Origin: Prevotellaceae bacterium UBA4301
Lineage (GTDB): Bacteria; Bacteroidota; Bacteroidia; Bacteroidales; Bacteroidaceae
Assembly: GCA_002395775.1 (NCBI GenBank)
Contig: DGUV01000075.1
Location: forward strand, 30,677-94,676
Direction of reading: 5' to 3'
Length of the DNA: 64,000 bases
In this document: one piece after another, positions 7,740 through 17,558 of the stretch
How positions within the stretch are numbered: position 1 is the stretch's first letter
How the letters are laid out: the number at the start of each line of letters is the position of its first letter
Notes under the pieces: generated by a model
Databases searched by the model: none
Told to the model about the DNA's origin: nothing
Seen by the model: only the letters and a program-made list of their open reading frames with translations
Program-made: the position numbers and the translations under genes

Positions 7740-7880
7740 GATTCCCAATCATCGCCGAATCACTACCCAATCATCGCAAATTTACTTACCAATGATGAGC
7801 CGATGATTGGTAAGTGATTTCGTGATCATTGGTAATCTATTTTCTGATCATTGGGAATCTATTTCCTGATGATTGGGAAC
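7740..7880. repeat. Dyad-symmetric array of 22-bp-spaced CCAATSATS boxes
   Basis: Three cccaatcatcg-type boxes start at 7744, 7766 and 7788. Four inverted gatsattgg boxes have their attgg cores at 7806, 7828, 7850 and 7873. The symmetry centre is near 7800. Confidence 0.85.
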
Positions 7881-7883
7881 CAA

Positions 7884-7920
7884 ATCAAAAGAGCGCCCGC
7901 AACCCATCAGTTGCGAGCGC
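7884..7920 (-). terminator. Hairpin terminator for the convergent genes
   Basis: Stems gcgcccgcaac / gttgcgagcgc pair at 10 of 11 positions. On the minus strand the hairpin is followed by TCTTTTGATTTG. Confidence 0.5.
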
Positions 7921-7977
7921 CCATCTCAAAATCGTTAAACGTTAAACAGGGCAAAGCCCGATTAAACTGTTAAACTT

Positions 7978-9408
7978 TTATTGGGTTTTACCCAAAATTA
8001 TATTCACCAGTGCCGTCACGTCAGCGATAGACCTACTGCCATCGTTATTCACATCGGCTGCCTTCATATCATAGTTGTCAGACTCCGTTGCCTTACCCAG
8101 AATGATGTTCACGAGAGCCGTCACGTCAGCAATAGTCTGGGAACCATCCCTGTTTACATCGCCAGCCAGAGTCGTTTCAGCCTCAATGGGCAATACCAAT
8201 TCAGCTGTACCCGTGTATTCCAGCCACGCCTTATTCGCAGGCATCGCCGTTACCGTTTCATCGGGTTTCACGAATCCCAACTTCCCCGAGGCCGTGATGC
8301 CAAGGACGTACTTTTGGGGTTTACCCTTCTCATCAACATCTATTTTGTTGTTTGCATCGAAGGATGCTCCATTCGTTGTTGTAGTACCTTGGGTTCCAAC
8401 GGAAGCTCCTGTGTACTTGTCAAAATACATAGTCCCATCGGTATTGCAGAAGAAAGTGCCTTTCAGCAGATTTGCACCTGTATAAGAGGTAGATGGTGTT
8501 GCACTAGAAGCCACAACTGTTGGTGCACCTTCGGGTACGATATAGTTCCCTGTCTTACTGCTGCATTCGAGCAGGACTGGCGTACATGCAGGAACACTTC
8601 CTTCGATTGCCTCTATCTCAACAGTGCCGTCTTCACCGATGTTCGCAACAGCATAGGCGCTCTGTATATTTCCCCCGATTGTGTAAGGGAATGCAGTGTA
8701 ATATGTTGCGTACCATTTCCCTCCATAGGAGAATGATGGATTCACATTTAATGCAGTAACTGGCTCAATGTACCACTTGTGTTTGGCATTAGAAGAACTG
8801 TAGTTCTCGGTCATACCAAAACTTCCGCCCTCATCCAAGAAGTCTTCTGTACCGATTGTAATTGTCTTTGAAATATTATAAGATGGGACAGCCCCTGTTC
8901 CAGTTAGTTTTTCTGACACACGGTACATTGTTGAAGCCCCTGTTCCCGATACTTTTTTTACTGTAGCGAAAAGGTTGTTGAAGGTACAATTGATATTACT
9001 TGTTACATACTCTCCTGTTGTAAGTTGTACTAATCCCGTGGATTGCCCTTGGATGTCATAGTTGTCATCGGAATTCTGTTTTAGGTATATAATTGTAGAG
9101 GGTAGTTCACATGCCGAGTCATCCACCATGTGAATGTCTGTCTTCAGGTATGCACCGGCACAAGATAAGGCTGCAGGAACACCATAGTCATCTGCTATTT
9201 TCACAAATAACATGGTATAACTAAACATGTGCTTGGCCCCGTTTCCCGCAGTTGCAATAACAGTTGAATAATCGAACTTATTGTTCTCCAAACTGATGTA
9301 ATTGCCCGTACCGACATTCTTCACACGGTAATAGCCCGTTCCGTTTAACTGAGCATAAGCAGTAAGCGTTATCAATAGCAGGAACGAAATTACATAAATC
9401 TTTTTCAT
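7978..9408 (-). CDS. Secreted hypothetical protein with two C-terminal dockerin-type repeats
   Basis: It has a signal peptide (MKKIYVISFLLLITLTAYA). It ends with DVNRDGSQTIADVTALVNIILGK and DVNNDGSRSIADVTALVNIILGK. The body is paralogous to the C-terminal module of the neighbouring giant protein. Confidence 0.7.
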   Translation of the reverse strand: MKKIYVISFLLLITLTAYAQLNGTGYYRVKNVGTGNYISLENNKFDYSTVIATAGNGAKHMFSYTMLFVKIADDYGVPAALSCAGAYLKTDIHMVDDSACELPSTIIYLKQNSDDNYDIQGQSTGLVQLTTGEYVTSNINCTFNNLFATVKKVSGTGASTMYRVSEKLTGTGAVPSYNISKTITIGTEDFLDEGGSFGMTENYSSSNAKHKWYIEPVTALNVNPSFSYGGKWYATYYTAFPYTIGGNIQSAYAVANIGEDGTVEIEAIEGSVPACTPVLLECSSKTGNYIVPEGAPTVVASSATPSTSYTGANLLKGTFFCNTDGTMYFDKYTGASVGTQGTTTTNGASFDANNKIDVDEKGKPQKYVLGITASGKLGFVKPDETVTAMPANKAWLEYTGTAELVLPIEAETTLAGDVNRDGSQTIADVTALVNIILGKATESDNYDMKAADVNNDGSRSIADVTALVNIILGKTQ

Positions 9409-9483
9409 ATTCTATTTTTTTACATAGCACTCCCCCTTGCCTAGGTTTCTATTCCATCGACAAGGGGGAGGTCACTAAAGATG

Positions 9484-12400
9484 TTAGTTGTTAGGCTTAC
9501 CTAAGATAATGTTAACCAAAGCAGTCACGTCGGCAATCGTTCTCTTTGTGTCGCAATTCACATCAGCAGCCCCGAAGTCAAAGTTGTCAGGATTGTTCTC
9601 CTCCGTAACCTTACCCAGGATGATGTTCACGAGTGCCGTCACGTCGGCAATACTAATCTTACCATCGCGGTTTACATCACCAGCCTTCATTAGGCGAATT
9701 TCTGTATAAATGTCGCTGACAAGGAATGCCTTGTTGGCATTTATGTTTTCCTTATCACTTGCGAAAATAGTGCCGAATTCAGCAACATTTTCCAGAACAC
9801 ATACATTCACGTCAACTTCCTTACATTCATCCTTAGAGAGTCCGAAGAAGTACTTGTTGCCGACGGTACCGGCGTTCTTCAGCATCAGGTGCTCGTACTT
9901 CTTGAGGTAAGTCTCGTAAGCACTTTCGCCGAGGATGCTCTTGGCCATGTCGAAGAGACTTTCTACCTGAGGAGTCTTAATCTTATATTCGCTAATGAGA
10001 TAATCGGGACCCTTCAGCAGGTTGTCGGTTACGGCAGAACCAGTCTTGCTGAGCTCTAATGCCTTACTTCCTGCAGTCTCCGAGACAAGCAGAATGGGTG
10101 TTTGTTCGGCAATGCTTTGGGCATCGATTTCCTCTGTCTCAGCATAACCGTAGCAACCACTTTCCCCTATGCTTGTCACCTTCATTGCCTTCACGCCCTC
10201 GGGCAGAGTATAAGCGAAGTCGGTGTAGAGTGTGGTGTAATACTTATCACCTACCTTATTCGTCTCAGGAATTTCCACCTCGAACTTGCTGACGGGCTCC
10301 ATGGTCCAAGCCGTAGAGGCATCCTTGATAGCAACATTGCCTTCGCTGATGAAGTCAACGCCGGATGCGCTGGGCACGATGTAGTACTTGAAGTTGGGAC
10401 GGATGTTCTCCACCTTGTCGATGTACTTCGAGTAGTCGCCCAGCTTGTCCTGAATCTCGGCAAAGCGCGGATGATTCTTCAGGTTGCCCCAGTAGAGCAT
10501 AGCGGTCTGATAAGCAAAGTTCCAGACATTGGCCTCGCTTGAGAGCACTTCCTCGTAGAACTTAGCCTCGTCGTCGGCAGGATTGGTCAGCGTGCTGTCC
10601 ATGCGCTCCCAGATGGTCTGGAGGCTGAAGGGAACCAGGACACTGGCACCGCTGCCATTGGTCTTCTCCAGAACCTTCTGGATGGCCTTGTTGATGAACT
10701 CTTCCAGTTCGGGCAGCTTGGCATCCACGTTAGCCTTGTTCTCGGCATAGAAGTCAACCACGGGCTTCATGCTGGGCGTGCGGCCATAGATGCGATAAGC
10801 CTCACCGTCCTTCTTCAGATAGAGGTTATAGTCGAACGACTCGTTGAACTTGTCCATGATCTTGTCATAGCCTGTGGTACCCAGCAGTTCGCCAGCACCC
10901 TCGGCATGGAGCTTGTCAACGGCCAGCTGCACGATTTCGGGCACATAGTTCATGGCCTTCTTAGCGTAGCCGGGCAGGTCAACGCCCTGTGAGCGGAGAA
11001 CCTTGACGCCCTCGGCGTCGGCATTGACGCGGATGACGGTGCCGGCCTTGCCTTCGGCATTTTCAACCAAGGTCACGGTCTTGCGACCAGCCACGTTCAC
11101 GAACTTGCCGTCGTTGGTCTTGATGTTGTAGTAGCCGTCAGGCACCTCTGCGCCAGCCTGCTTAGCCACGATGGTGAAGGTCTTCTCCACCTCGTCGCTC
11201 TTCACGCCGTCCTTCTCGGCCCAAGCCTTCACGGTAGTGGTCTCGCTGATGGTGAAGGGAGCGGAGTAGGTCTGCTCAGCACCGCCGTTCAGCGTGTACT
11301 TCACGCCCTCGCCTGCGATGGCCACCGTCAGCTCACCCTCGTACTCACCACCATCGTGGAAGATGATGGGCTGAGCAAGCTCTGCAGTATAGCTGTAACC
11401 AGTTTCTGTTTTTGTCTCAACAATAACATAACCGGCCTCGGCAGCGCTGAAGATATTGGTCTGTTTATCGGTCTGAACAGTAACACCAGTGTTCAGTGCA
11501 ACACTGTGATCGTTCTTGTCTGCGGTGAAGTCACCAAGCAGGAAGTTGAACGAAGTGCCACTTGCCAACTGGCAGGTGATGTCCTCAGTCAGCGTGATGT
11601 TCTTCTGCAGGGCAATGAACTCACCATCGGCAAGCCAACCATTCTTGAAGGGGTCAGCAAAGCTGTAGTAGCCACCATCATATCCGCCTTCTACTGCCCA
11701 GTAGTAGTGAATCTCAGAAACATAGTTTACAGGATAGAGACCGGTTTCGTCAGCGGGATCAATAGTCTCTTGATGTGAACCGTCGAGGTATCCAGCAAAT
11801 GCGGCCTTCGTGGTGTCGTCAAGATACAGTTTGTTATTCATCAGGCTTCCCCAGTTGTGGGTAATAGCACCCCATGTCTTGTCGTTGGTCTCGTAGGTGG
11901 TCTCACCAAGGAGTTTCACGACATTGCCTTCGCCACCAAGGGTAATCAGTGACTGATAGGTGCCTTCCTTGGCACTTGAAGTAATCTTGGTATCCTTCAC
12001 CTCAATGGTGTTGTTTCCACCCTCAGTTACCAGAATAGAGAAGTTATTTGAATTGCCACTCAGACCCTGGCTCTTCATCTCGCTACCCTCAATCTTAACG
12101 GTCGAACCAGCTGCATCGGGCTTCAGATAAACATTGGCCCAGCCAATCAACTTCGAATCGGTAACTGTGATGTCGGCAGGATGACCTGCAATGATAGCAT
12201 AGTGAGCCGTACCAGCGTCGTTGGTCTTGATAACACTGCCGTTTGTGACATTCAGCGTCACGCGGCCTTCATTGCTAATCGAACCGATGGTCAACGGCTG
12301 GTTATAGCTCTTACCGTTTGTTCCATCCAGTACGGTATTGTCGAGTGTGCAAGTCAGGTTGCTGGCAATCCACAAGCAAGCCTCTGCCTTGTTGCTCTTG

Positions 12401-15400
12401 ATAGTCAAGTCCTTGATGGTTACATCCAGACCTTCGCCCTCCAATACGATGGCACGCTTGCCCTGGGCAGAGGTAATCACATGATTGTTACCATTGATGG
12501 TCACACTCTTGTTTACATTCACGTTATACTTATCGCTCGGACTGGTTGTGACAGTGGTCAGCGTGAAGTCATCCACAATGTCGATGGTCTGACCAGCCTC
12601 GGCAGCATCAACGGCAGCCTGCAGTTTGCGATAGAGCTTATCACCAACCTTGGCTACAGCGCCATCGATGGTGAGGACGTTATTCAGTTCTTCATAAACA
12701 TTATTTTCAAGAGTAGCACCGTCGTTGCGTCCAACGATGTAGTCATAAGTCGTTATTTCATAATCCTTGTAGGCATTGACATCGCTCTGGATGATGGTGG
12801 TGTTCTTAACAGTGTTGTTGGTAACAGCACCGGCAGAGTAGCCTGCAATACCACCCATGTCACGATACGCCTTGATGGTCAAACCGTCAACAGTACAATT
12901 GTTGATGGTAGAACCTGCGGTAGCATAACCAAAGATACCACCTACCTTATCGCCATTGTCGTACTCGTCACCAAGTTTCTCAGGTACAGAGGTGATGGTG
13001 CCGCCAATGACGCGGCAGTTTTCAATAGTGGGACCGTTAGAGGTGTATGCTACAATACCACCAGCATAGTGGGAACTCGTCAGGTTGACGTTTTCAACAG
13101 TCAGGTTCTTGATGGTGCCGTTAACGACGGAACCGAACAGACCAGCTACAGCGTGCTTAGGAGTCTGATCCACAACCGTCACATTCTTAATGGTGTGGCC
13201 ATTGCCGTCGAATACGCCATCGAACGACTGACCGGAATAAGCCACCAGATTGCCAATAGGCGTCCAGTTCTCCTCACCGCTCAGATCGAGGTCAGCAACC
13301 AGCAGAACATTCTTGCTCGTAACAGTTTTGTCAGCAGTATTCACTGCATCGCGGAAGGCCTTCAGTTCTTCTACATTTGAAATACGGATGGGAACATCAA
13401 CTGTTGTGCAGTAGCCACTATAGGTGGCAGGAGTACCGCCTTCCCATGTGATAGAAACTGACGAGAGATACAAAGCACCACTATTAGAACGAATACCAAC
13501 ATAAGCATAGTCGCCATCGAATGTTACAGTTCCGGTTTCAGTAAGTGAACCAATCTTTGTACCCTGATTGCTATTACCATCGGTAGCATACAAATCTGAT
13601 GCTACAGTGTAAGCGGTGTTAGAGCCATAAATGTCTATCGTATTTGAACCACTTTCAACAGCAATGGCTACACTCTTGACCTTACCACCTGAAGTCGTGC
13701 TTACAATACCGCTATTGCTATTCTTCGAACGCAACTGAATAGCACCAGTTGAATTTTTAGCTGAGTTTCCTGCATAAACAGCATTTGATGTCTTTTTGAC
13801 ATTTGAGAAATCAGTATATGTTGTTCCTGTTGCTACAAGGTCTGATGCGGTAATCTCGTCCGTTACTTCGGTTACACTACCCTCTGTATCCGCTGTTGCA
13901 AACACAGCATAATACTTCAGGTCACTGGTGGCCATGGTAGCGGAAGTAACGAAGGTGGGAGCCTCATCGATCTCGCCGTCAATGGCCTCTGCTACCCAAC
14001 CTACGAAGGTCTTACCTTCGATGGCTTCGGGAGCGGCAGGGAACTCAACGGCTGCATCCTCAAGGGCAGTGGTCATGGTCTCCTCGCCATTAACGCTCCA
14101 AACAACATTGTGTTCGGGAATCTTCTCGAAGTTGATTGTTACGGTGCAGTCGCTGGCAGGAGTTACAGTGAAGATATTGCCTTCCTGGGAAACAGTTGCT
14201 TCACCACTACTTACGGTGTACGCAGGATTGGCGAAGCGATAGCCTTCAGCTGGAGTAGCAGTGATAACTTTGCCATCAATACTTACCGTTCCGCCCTCTG
14301 AAGCCTGAGGCTCTACGGTCCAAACCGCATCAACAACGGTCAGGGTATAGCTGGCAGGTGTTGGGGTATGGTATGCAGAAGTACGTGCGCCACTGGCTGT
14401 GATGGTGGTTTCACCAAGACCCACGAGCGTAACAGTGCCGTCGCTGGCTACGGTTGCCACATTGGTGTTAGAGCTTTCGTAAACAACAGTTCCGTCATAT
14501 TCGCCCTTGATTAACTCAGGAGCCGTGAAGCCCTTGTTCAGCGCAACCTCAAATTCCGTTTCGTCGCCGAATGAGAAGGTCACGTCCTTATGGTCGTTAG
14601 AAATAAGTTTGTTGTTTGCATCCAACTCATAGGTTGAGTTGTATTTCTTTAAATCGCCATAAATAACAACCTGGTCTCCAACCTCAATGTTATTCTCTGA
14701 AGTGAATTTGTCTCCATTATAGCTCTTGCCACGATAGGCTTGCAACTGGTCAGCCGTGGTTGAGCCATCAACAGAAATATTGTAAGAGATGTTACCGTAT
14801 TGCGAACTATATGCAGTTACAATCTCAGAAACAATACCCTTCACATAAACACCTGTCAGCCCCGTTCCTGCATCAATAACTGCACGAGCCTCTGCAACAG
14901 TATAAGGCTTTTCGGCACTACCATCGTTTGCATTGGGGTCTCTTGCTACGTTAAGCGTATAACTTGCAGATGCGCTATTATATTCATCATTGCCTGCGAA
15001 GGTGGCGGTGATGACAGTGGTGCCAGCAGCAACGAGGGTCACTGCACCAGTCTCTGCATGTACAGTAGCAACACCTTCGTTGCTGCTTGAATACGTTATG
15101 CCTGTTACAGTAGGATCAGCAGTTGCCGCGGGTGCAGTGAATTCCGAACCCATTGTGGCTTCGTATGTAGTCTGAGGGAATGAGAGGGTAACGGGAGTCT
15201 TCATTGCAGTAGGTTCTGCAATAGAAATTGGGCCAACACCAACATTAGCTCCCTTTGTAAAGACTAACCGCACATATCTGTCGGCAGCATCAAAATCCTT
15301 AGAGGTCGCAAGCTCCATTGTTGAATTCTGGCTCCCGGTGATAGCTAATGTCTCTAACTCTGTAAATGTCTCCCCGTCAGAAGAATGTTGAACAGAAATA

Positions 15401-16179
15401 GAAGATTCAGTAGCACCGCCTATCATTTTAACACCAATAGTCACTTTGCCAGGCTGACCGTCAGTCTTGATTTGGATATAATCGCCGGTACCATCAAACT
15501 TTATATAATATGGAGCATTTGTTGCCGAATAATCGGAACCTAAACTATTAGTAGAAACACCTGTGAGAGCTTTAAAGCTAGCACTTGTACCGCCATCCCA
15601 TGTGAAAGGCAAAGTTGCATAATCTATTTGGGGCGTGTCACCTCCAGTAGATTCATAAGTATAAGATATATTAAATACACAGACTCCTTTCGATATATTA
15701 GTTACGGTTACTGTTAAAACCTTGCCCGTTGCATGTTGATTGGAAGTTACAGTAACATCATTCGTTCCATTTAAACTACCAGTGCCGACTGATGTCTCAC
15801 CAACCTTCAGTGTAACGCTACCAGCAGTTCCACTGAACCCCCCGAACTTAGCACTCATAGATGTAATATTAACATCCGAAGGCAAAGTTGTAGTAAATGT
15901 TATGCTTGTAGCAGGGCTTTTTGAAGAGCCCACCTGTGAATACTGTACCCCGCTTCCTGATACTTTCCCTTGAGTAAACGAAGTGGTACCTACTGTTGTA
16001 ATAGTCCAAGAGTTGTTTTTACTATCGCTACCAGTAACAGAGGCTGCATTAATTTTCACATTATCATTGCCAAACGTAATGGTGCCAGTTTCATCCGCCC
16101 AGAGATTTCCTCCAGCTCCTATAAGCATAAGCATCATGAGGAGCCATGATTTAAGATTTAAGTAAAATTTTGTTTTCAT
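9484..16179 (-). CDS. Giant secreted multi-domain protein with Big_2-like Ig domains, a GLUG/beta-helix region, a CHB_HEX_C-like domain and a C-terminal dockerin pair
   Basis: 2231 aa ORF with a signal peptide. It contains repeated Ig-like segments (ATVHAETGAVTLVAAGTTVITATFAG...) and GGIVAY/GGIFGY/GGIAGY GLUG-like motifs in a beta-helix-like stretch. It ends with DVNRDGKISIADVTALVNIILGK and DVNCDTKRTIADVTALVNIILGK. Confidence 0.8.
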   Translation of the reverse strand: MKTKFYLNLKSWLLMMLMLIGAGGNLWADETGTITFGNDNVKINAASVTGSDSKNNSWTITTVGTTSFTQGKVSGSGVQYSQVGSSKSPATSITFTTTLPSDVNITSMSAKFGGFSGTAGSVTLKVGETSVGTGSLNGTNDVTVTSNQHATGKVLTVTVTNISKGVCVFNISYTYESTGGDTPQIDYATLPFTWDGGTSASFKALTGVSTNSLGSDYSATNAPYYIKFDGTGDYIQIKTDGQPGKVTIGVKMIGGATESSISVQHSSDGETFTELETLAITGSQNSTMELATSKDFDAADRYVRLVFTKGANVGVGPISIAEPTAMKTPVTLSFPQTTYEATMGSEFTAPAATADPTVTGITYSSSNEGVATVHAETGAVTLVAAGTTVITATFAGNDEYNSASASYTLNVARDPNANDGSAEKPYTVAEARAVIDAGTGLTGVYVKGIVSEIVTAYSSQYGNISYNISVDGSTTADQLQAYRGKSYNGDKFTSENNIEVGDQVVIYGDLKKYNSTYELDANNKLISNDHKDVTFSFGDETEFEVALNKGFTAPELIKGEYDGTVVYESSNTNVATVASDGTVTLVGLGETTITASGARTSAYHTPTPASYTLTVVDAVWTVEPQASEGGTVSIDGKVITATPAEGYRFANPAYTVSSGEATVSQEGNIFTVTPASDCTVTINFEKIPEHNVVWSVNGEETMTTALEDAAVEFPAAPEAIEGKTFVGWVAEAIDGEIDEAPTFVTSATMATSDLKYYAVFATADTEGSVTEVTDEITASDLVATGTTYTDFSNVKKTSNAVYAGNSAKNSTGAIQLRSKNSNSGIVSTTSGGKVKSVAIAVESGSNTIDIYGSNTAYTVASDLYATDGNSNQGTKIGSLTETGTVTFDGDYAYVGIRSNSGALYLSSVSITWEGGTPATYSGYCTTVDVPIRISNVEELKAFRDAVNTADKTVTSKNVLLVADLDLSGEENWTPIGNLVAYSGQSFDGVFDGNGHTIKNVTVVDQTPKHAVAGLFGSVVNGTIKNLTVENVNLTSSHYAGGIVAYTSNGPTIENCRVIGGTITSVPEKLGDEYDNGDKVGGIFGYATAGSTINNCTVDGLTIKAYRDMGGIAGYSAGAVTNNTVKNTTIIQSDVNAYKDYEITTYDYIVGRNDGATLENNVYEELNNVLTIDGAVAKVGDKLYRKLQAAVDAAEAGQTIDIVDDFTLTTVTTSPSDKYNVNVNKSVTINGNNHVITSAQGKRAIVLEGEGLDVTIKDLTIKSNKAEACLWIASNLTCTLDNTVLDGTNGKSYNQPLTIGSISNEGRVTLNVTNGSVIKTNDAGTAHYAIIAGHPADITVTDSKLIGWANVYLKPDAAGSTVKIEGSEMKSQGLSGNSNNFSILVTEGGNNTIEVKDTKITSSAKEGTYQSLITLGGEGNVVKLLGETTYETNDKTWGAITHNWGSLMNNKLYLDDTTKAAFAGYLDGSHQETIDPADETGLYPVNYVSEIHYYWAVEGGYDGGYYSFADPFKNGWLADGEFIALQKNITLTEDITCQLASGTSFNFLLGDFTADKNDHSVALNTGVTVQTDKQTNIFSAAEAGYVIVETKTETGYSYTAELAQPIIFHDGGEYEGELTVAIAGEGVKYTLNGGAEQTYSAPFTISETTTVKAWAEKDGVKSDEVEKTFTIVAKQAGAEVPDGYYNIKTNDGKFVNVAGRKTVTLVENAEGKAGTVIRVNADAEGVKVLRSQGVDLPGYAKKAMNYVPEIVQLAVDKLHAEGAGELLGTTGYDKIMDKFNESFDYNLYLKKDGEAYRIYGRTPSMKPVVDFYAENKANVDAKLPELEEFINKAIQKVLEKTNGSGASVLVPFSLQTIWERMDSTLTNPADDEAKFYEEVLSSEANVWNFAYQTAMLYWGNLKNHPRFAEIQDKLGDYSKYIDKVENIRPNFKYYIVPSASGVDFISEGNVAIKDASTAWTMEPVSKFEVEIPETNKVGDKYYTTLYTDFAYTLPEGVKAMKVTSIGESGCYGYAETEEIDAQSIAEQTPILLVSETAGSKALELSKTGSAVTDNLLKGPDYLISEYKIKTPQVESLFDMAKSILGESAYETYLKKYEHLMLKNAGTVGNKYFFGLSKDECKEVDVNVCVLENVAEFGTIFASDKENINANKAFLVSDIYTEIRLMKAGDVNRDGKISIADVTALVNIILGKVTEENNPDNFDFGAADVNCDTKRTIADVTALVNIILGKPNN

Positions 16180-16233
16180 CTTTATATGTATTTAAGTTGT
16201 TAATTTAATTTCTTATAGGTTATGAGGGAGTTC

Positions 16234-16349
16234 TTGCTCCTCTTCGTTACACAAGCGTAGGCTTTGCCTCCGATTACTTGCTCCTCTTCGTTACGCAAGC
16301 GTCACTGCTTTGCAGATGCCGAGCGAAAGGGGAGTTAAAAGGGAGTTAG
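16234..16349. repeat. Upstream repeat cluster: direct repeat, diverged family C copy and family D boxes
   Basis: cttgctcctcttcgttacRcaagcgt occurs twice (16234 and 16277). It is followed by gcgtcactgctttgcagatgccgagcg, which resembles family C, and by ggagttaaaagggagtta, which is family D. Confidence 0.6.
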
Positions 16350-16374
16350 CTCCGTTTCACTCGCGTATTACTAT

Positions 16375-16650
16375 TTATTTGTCATCGTAGTGACCATAGG
16401 CCATGAGGACTAAGACTATTACTTCCGTATCCTTAATGCGGTAGACCAAACGATGTTTCTTCGTTATCTGACGGCTCCACCGACCTCCGGGTTCTCCCTT
16501 CAATGGTTCAGGGTGCCCTGTGCCAGTCTTGGGATGCATCTTCAGTTCTTCAATGAAACGAAGTGCCTTCTGAAACGCTTTAGGTTCGGACTTAGCCAAG
16601 CGAACGAGGTCTTCTTCAGCCTGCTCCGTAATCTCAATGCTATATATCAT
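16375..16650 (-). CDS. yoeB: Type II toxin, Txe/YoeB family
   Basis: MIYSIEITEQAEEDL...KHRLVYRI...VIVLVLMAYGHY matches the YoeB/Txe signature. The ATG at 16650 overlaps the upstream antitoxin ORF by 11 nt. Confidence 0.85.
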   Translation of the reverse strand: MIYSIEITEQAEEDLVRLAKSEPKAFQKALRFIEELKMHPKTGTGHPEPLKGEPGGRWSRQITKKHRLVYRIKDTEVIVLVLMAYGHYDDK

Positions 16651-16885
16651 AACCACGACGCTTCAAATAATCAGCCACATTCTCCTCGTGCAACATTGCA
16701 TGGGATTCCCCTTGCTCCGCCTCATCGAGACGGGCGAAATACTGGGCCTTTGTCATCAGGGTGGGGTCTGCCTCCTTCTCTTCCTCAAAAGAGACGAGCC
16801 GCTCTGCCAACCACTTGCGGTTACGACGCGAGAGGGATAGGCTCTTCAGGAACTCCCACAGATTGTTCATTGCTTTGGTTGTCAT
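16640..16885 (-). CDS. Putative cognate antitoxin
   Basis: 81 aa ORF (MTTKAMNNLWEFLKSL...) overlapping the toxin start. The first in-frame ATG was chosen as the start. The family is not recognised. Confidence 0.6.
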   Translation of the reverse strand: MTTKAMNNLWEFLKSLSLSRRNRKWLAERLVSFEEEKEADPTLMTKAQYFARLDEAEQGESHAMLHEENVADYLKRRGYDI

Positions 16886-16948
16886 GATATAGGTATTTTC
16901 GGTATTACACAACGCAGTTACGCGCGCACAATGTGCACGCATGGAAAG

Positions 16949-16956
16949 CAAAGGTA
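16949..16956 (-). promoter_or_regulatory. -7 promoter box TACCTTTG for the toxin-antitoxin (TA) operon
   Basis: The reverse complement of caaaggta matches TAnnTTTG. A palindrome, gcacattgtgc, lies between the box and the ATG and could be an operator. Confidence 0.45.
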
Positions 16957-17093
16957 AGAATTATTCCCGAAACGAAACAATTTTTCTTAAGGAAAATACA
17001 CCAAAAGGGGCAAAAAAGGCCAAAATGAGTGGAAAATACGGTATTTCCTCCCTATAAATTTGGTAAAACCACTATTTTCCACTGCCTCAATGG

Positions 17094-17300
17094 GGACATT
17101 GAACAAAAACCAAGAAAACACTTTGACGGAGCCTCGATTTAACAAAAACATAGAAAACACTTTGATGAAGTGGGAGGACTTCCAGTCCTCTGACCTAAGC
17201 CTCGTATAAGCTATCATGAGCAAGCTCACATAGCCTATACAACACTTCGGTCACACATTCGTGTTCCCACTTCTTCAAAGAAAAACCAAGAAAAATTATT
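17094..17300 (+). repeat. Left copy of a 207-bp direct repeat
   Basis: About 97 percent identical to 18003..18208, at an offset of 909 bp. It contains an internal 32-bp tandem unit (aacaaaaacNaagaaaacactttgaNg) and a hairpin (gaggacttccagtcctc). Confidence 0.9.
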
Positions 17301-17558
17301 ATTGTGTCATATATTTGTTTTTTATGTTTTTCTTTCCTCTCCTACATGTTCACGGAGTGAAGATTGGGGGATGAAGGAGTGAAGCCAAACTCGTTTGACT
17401 CTCACGACATCATCATGCAATCAACAAGCAAAAGCTTTGCAGCAGAGAAAAGGGTTTTCCTGGTTTTGGTTAAAAAGAATACAATAGGGCTTATTGGTTT
17501 TTGTCAACGAACTGCACAATAAAGAGGGGATGGCCTGCGTTCTCATAAAAAAGTTGCC

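Noticed and set aside
17094-17300. The 207-bp repeat as a known structured RNA such as tmRNA, RNase P, SRP or 6S.
   Set aside because: I could not find any of the conserved boxes of these RNAs. The hairpins are short, and the two tandem-like copies argue for a repeat and against a housekeeping RNA gene.
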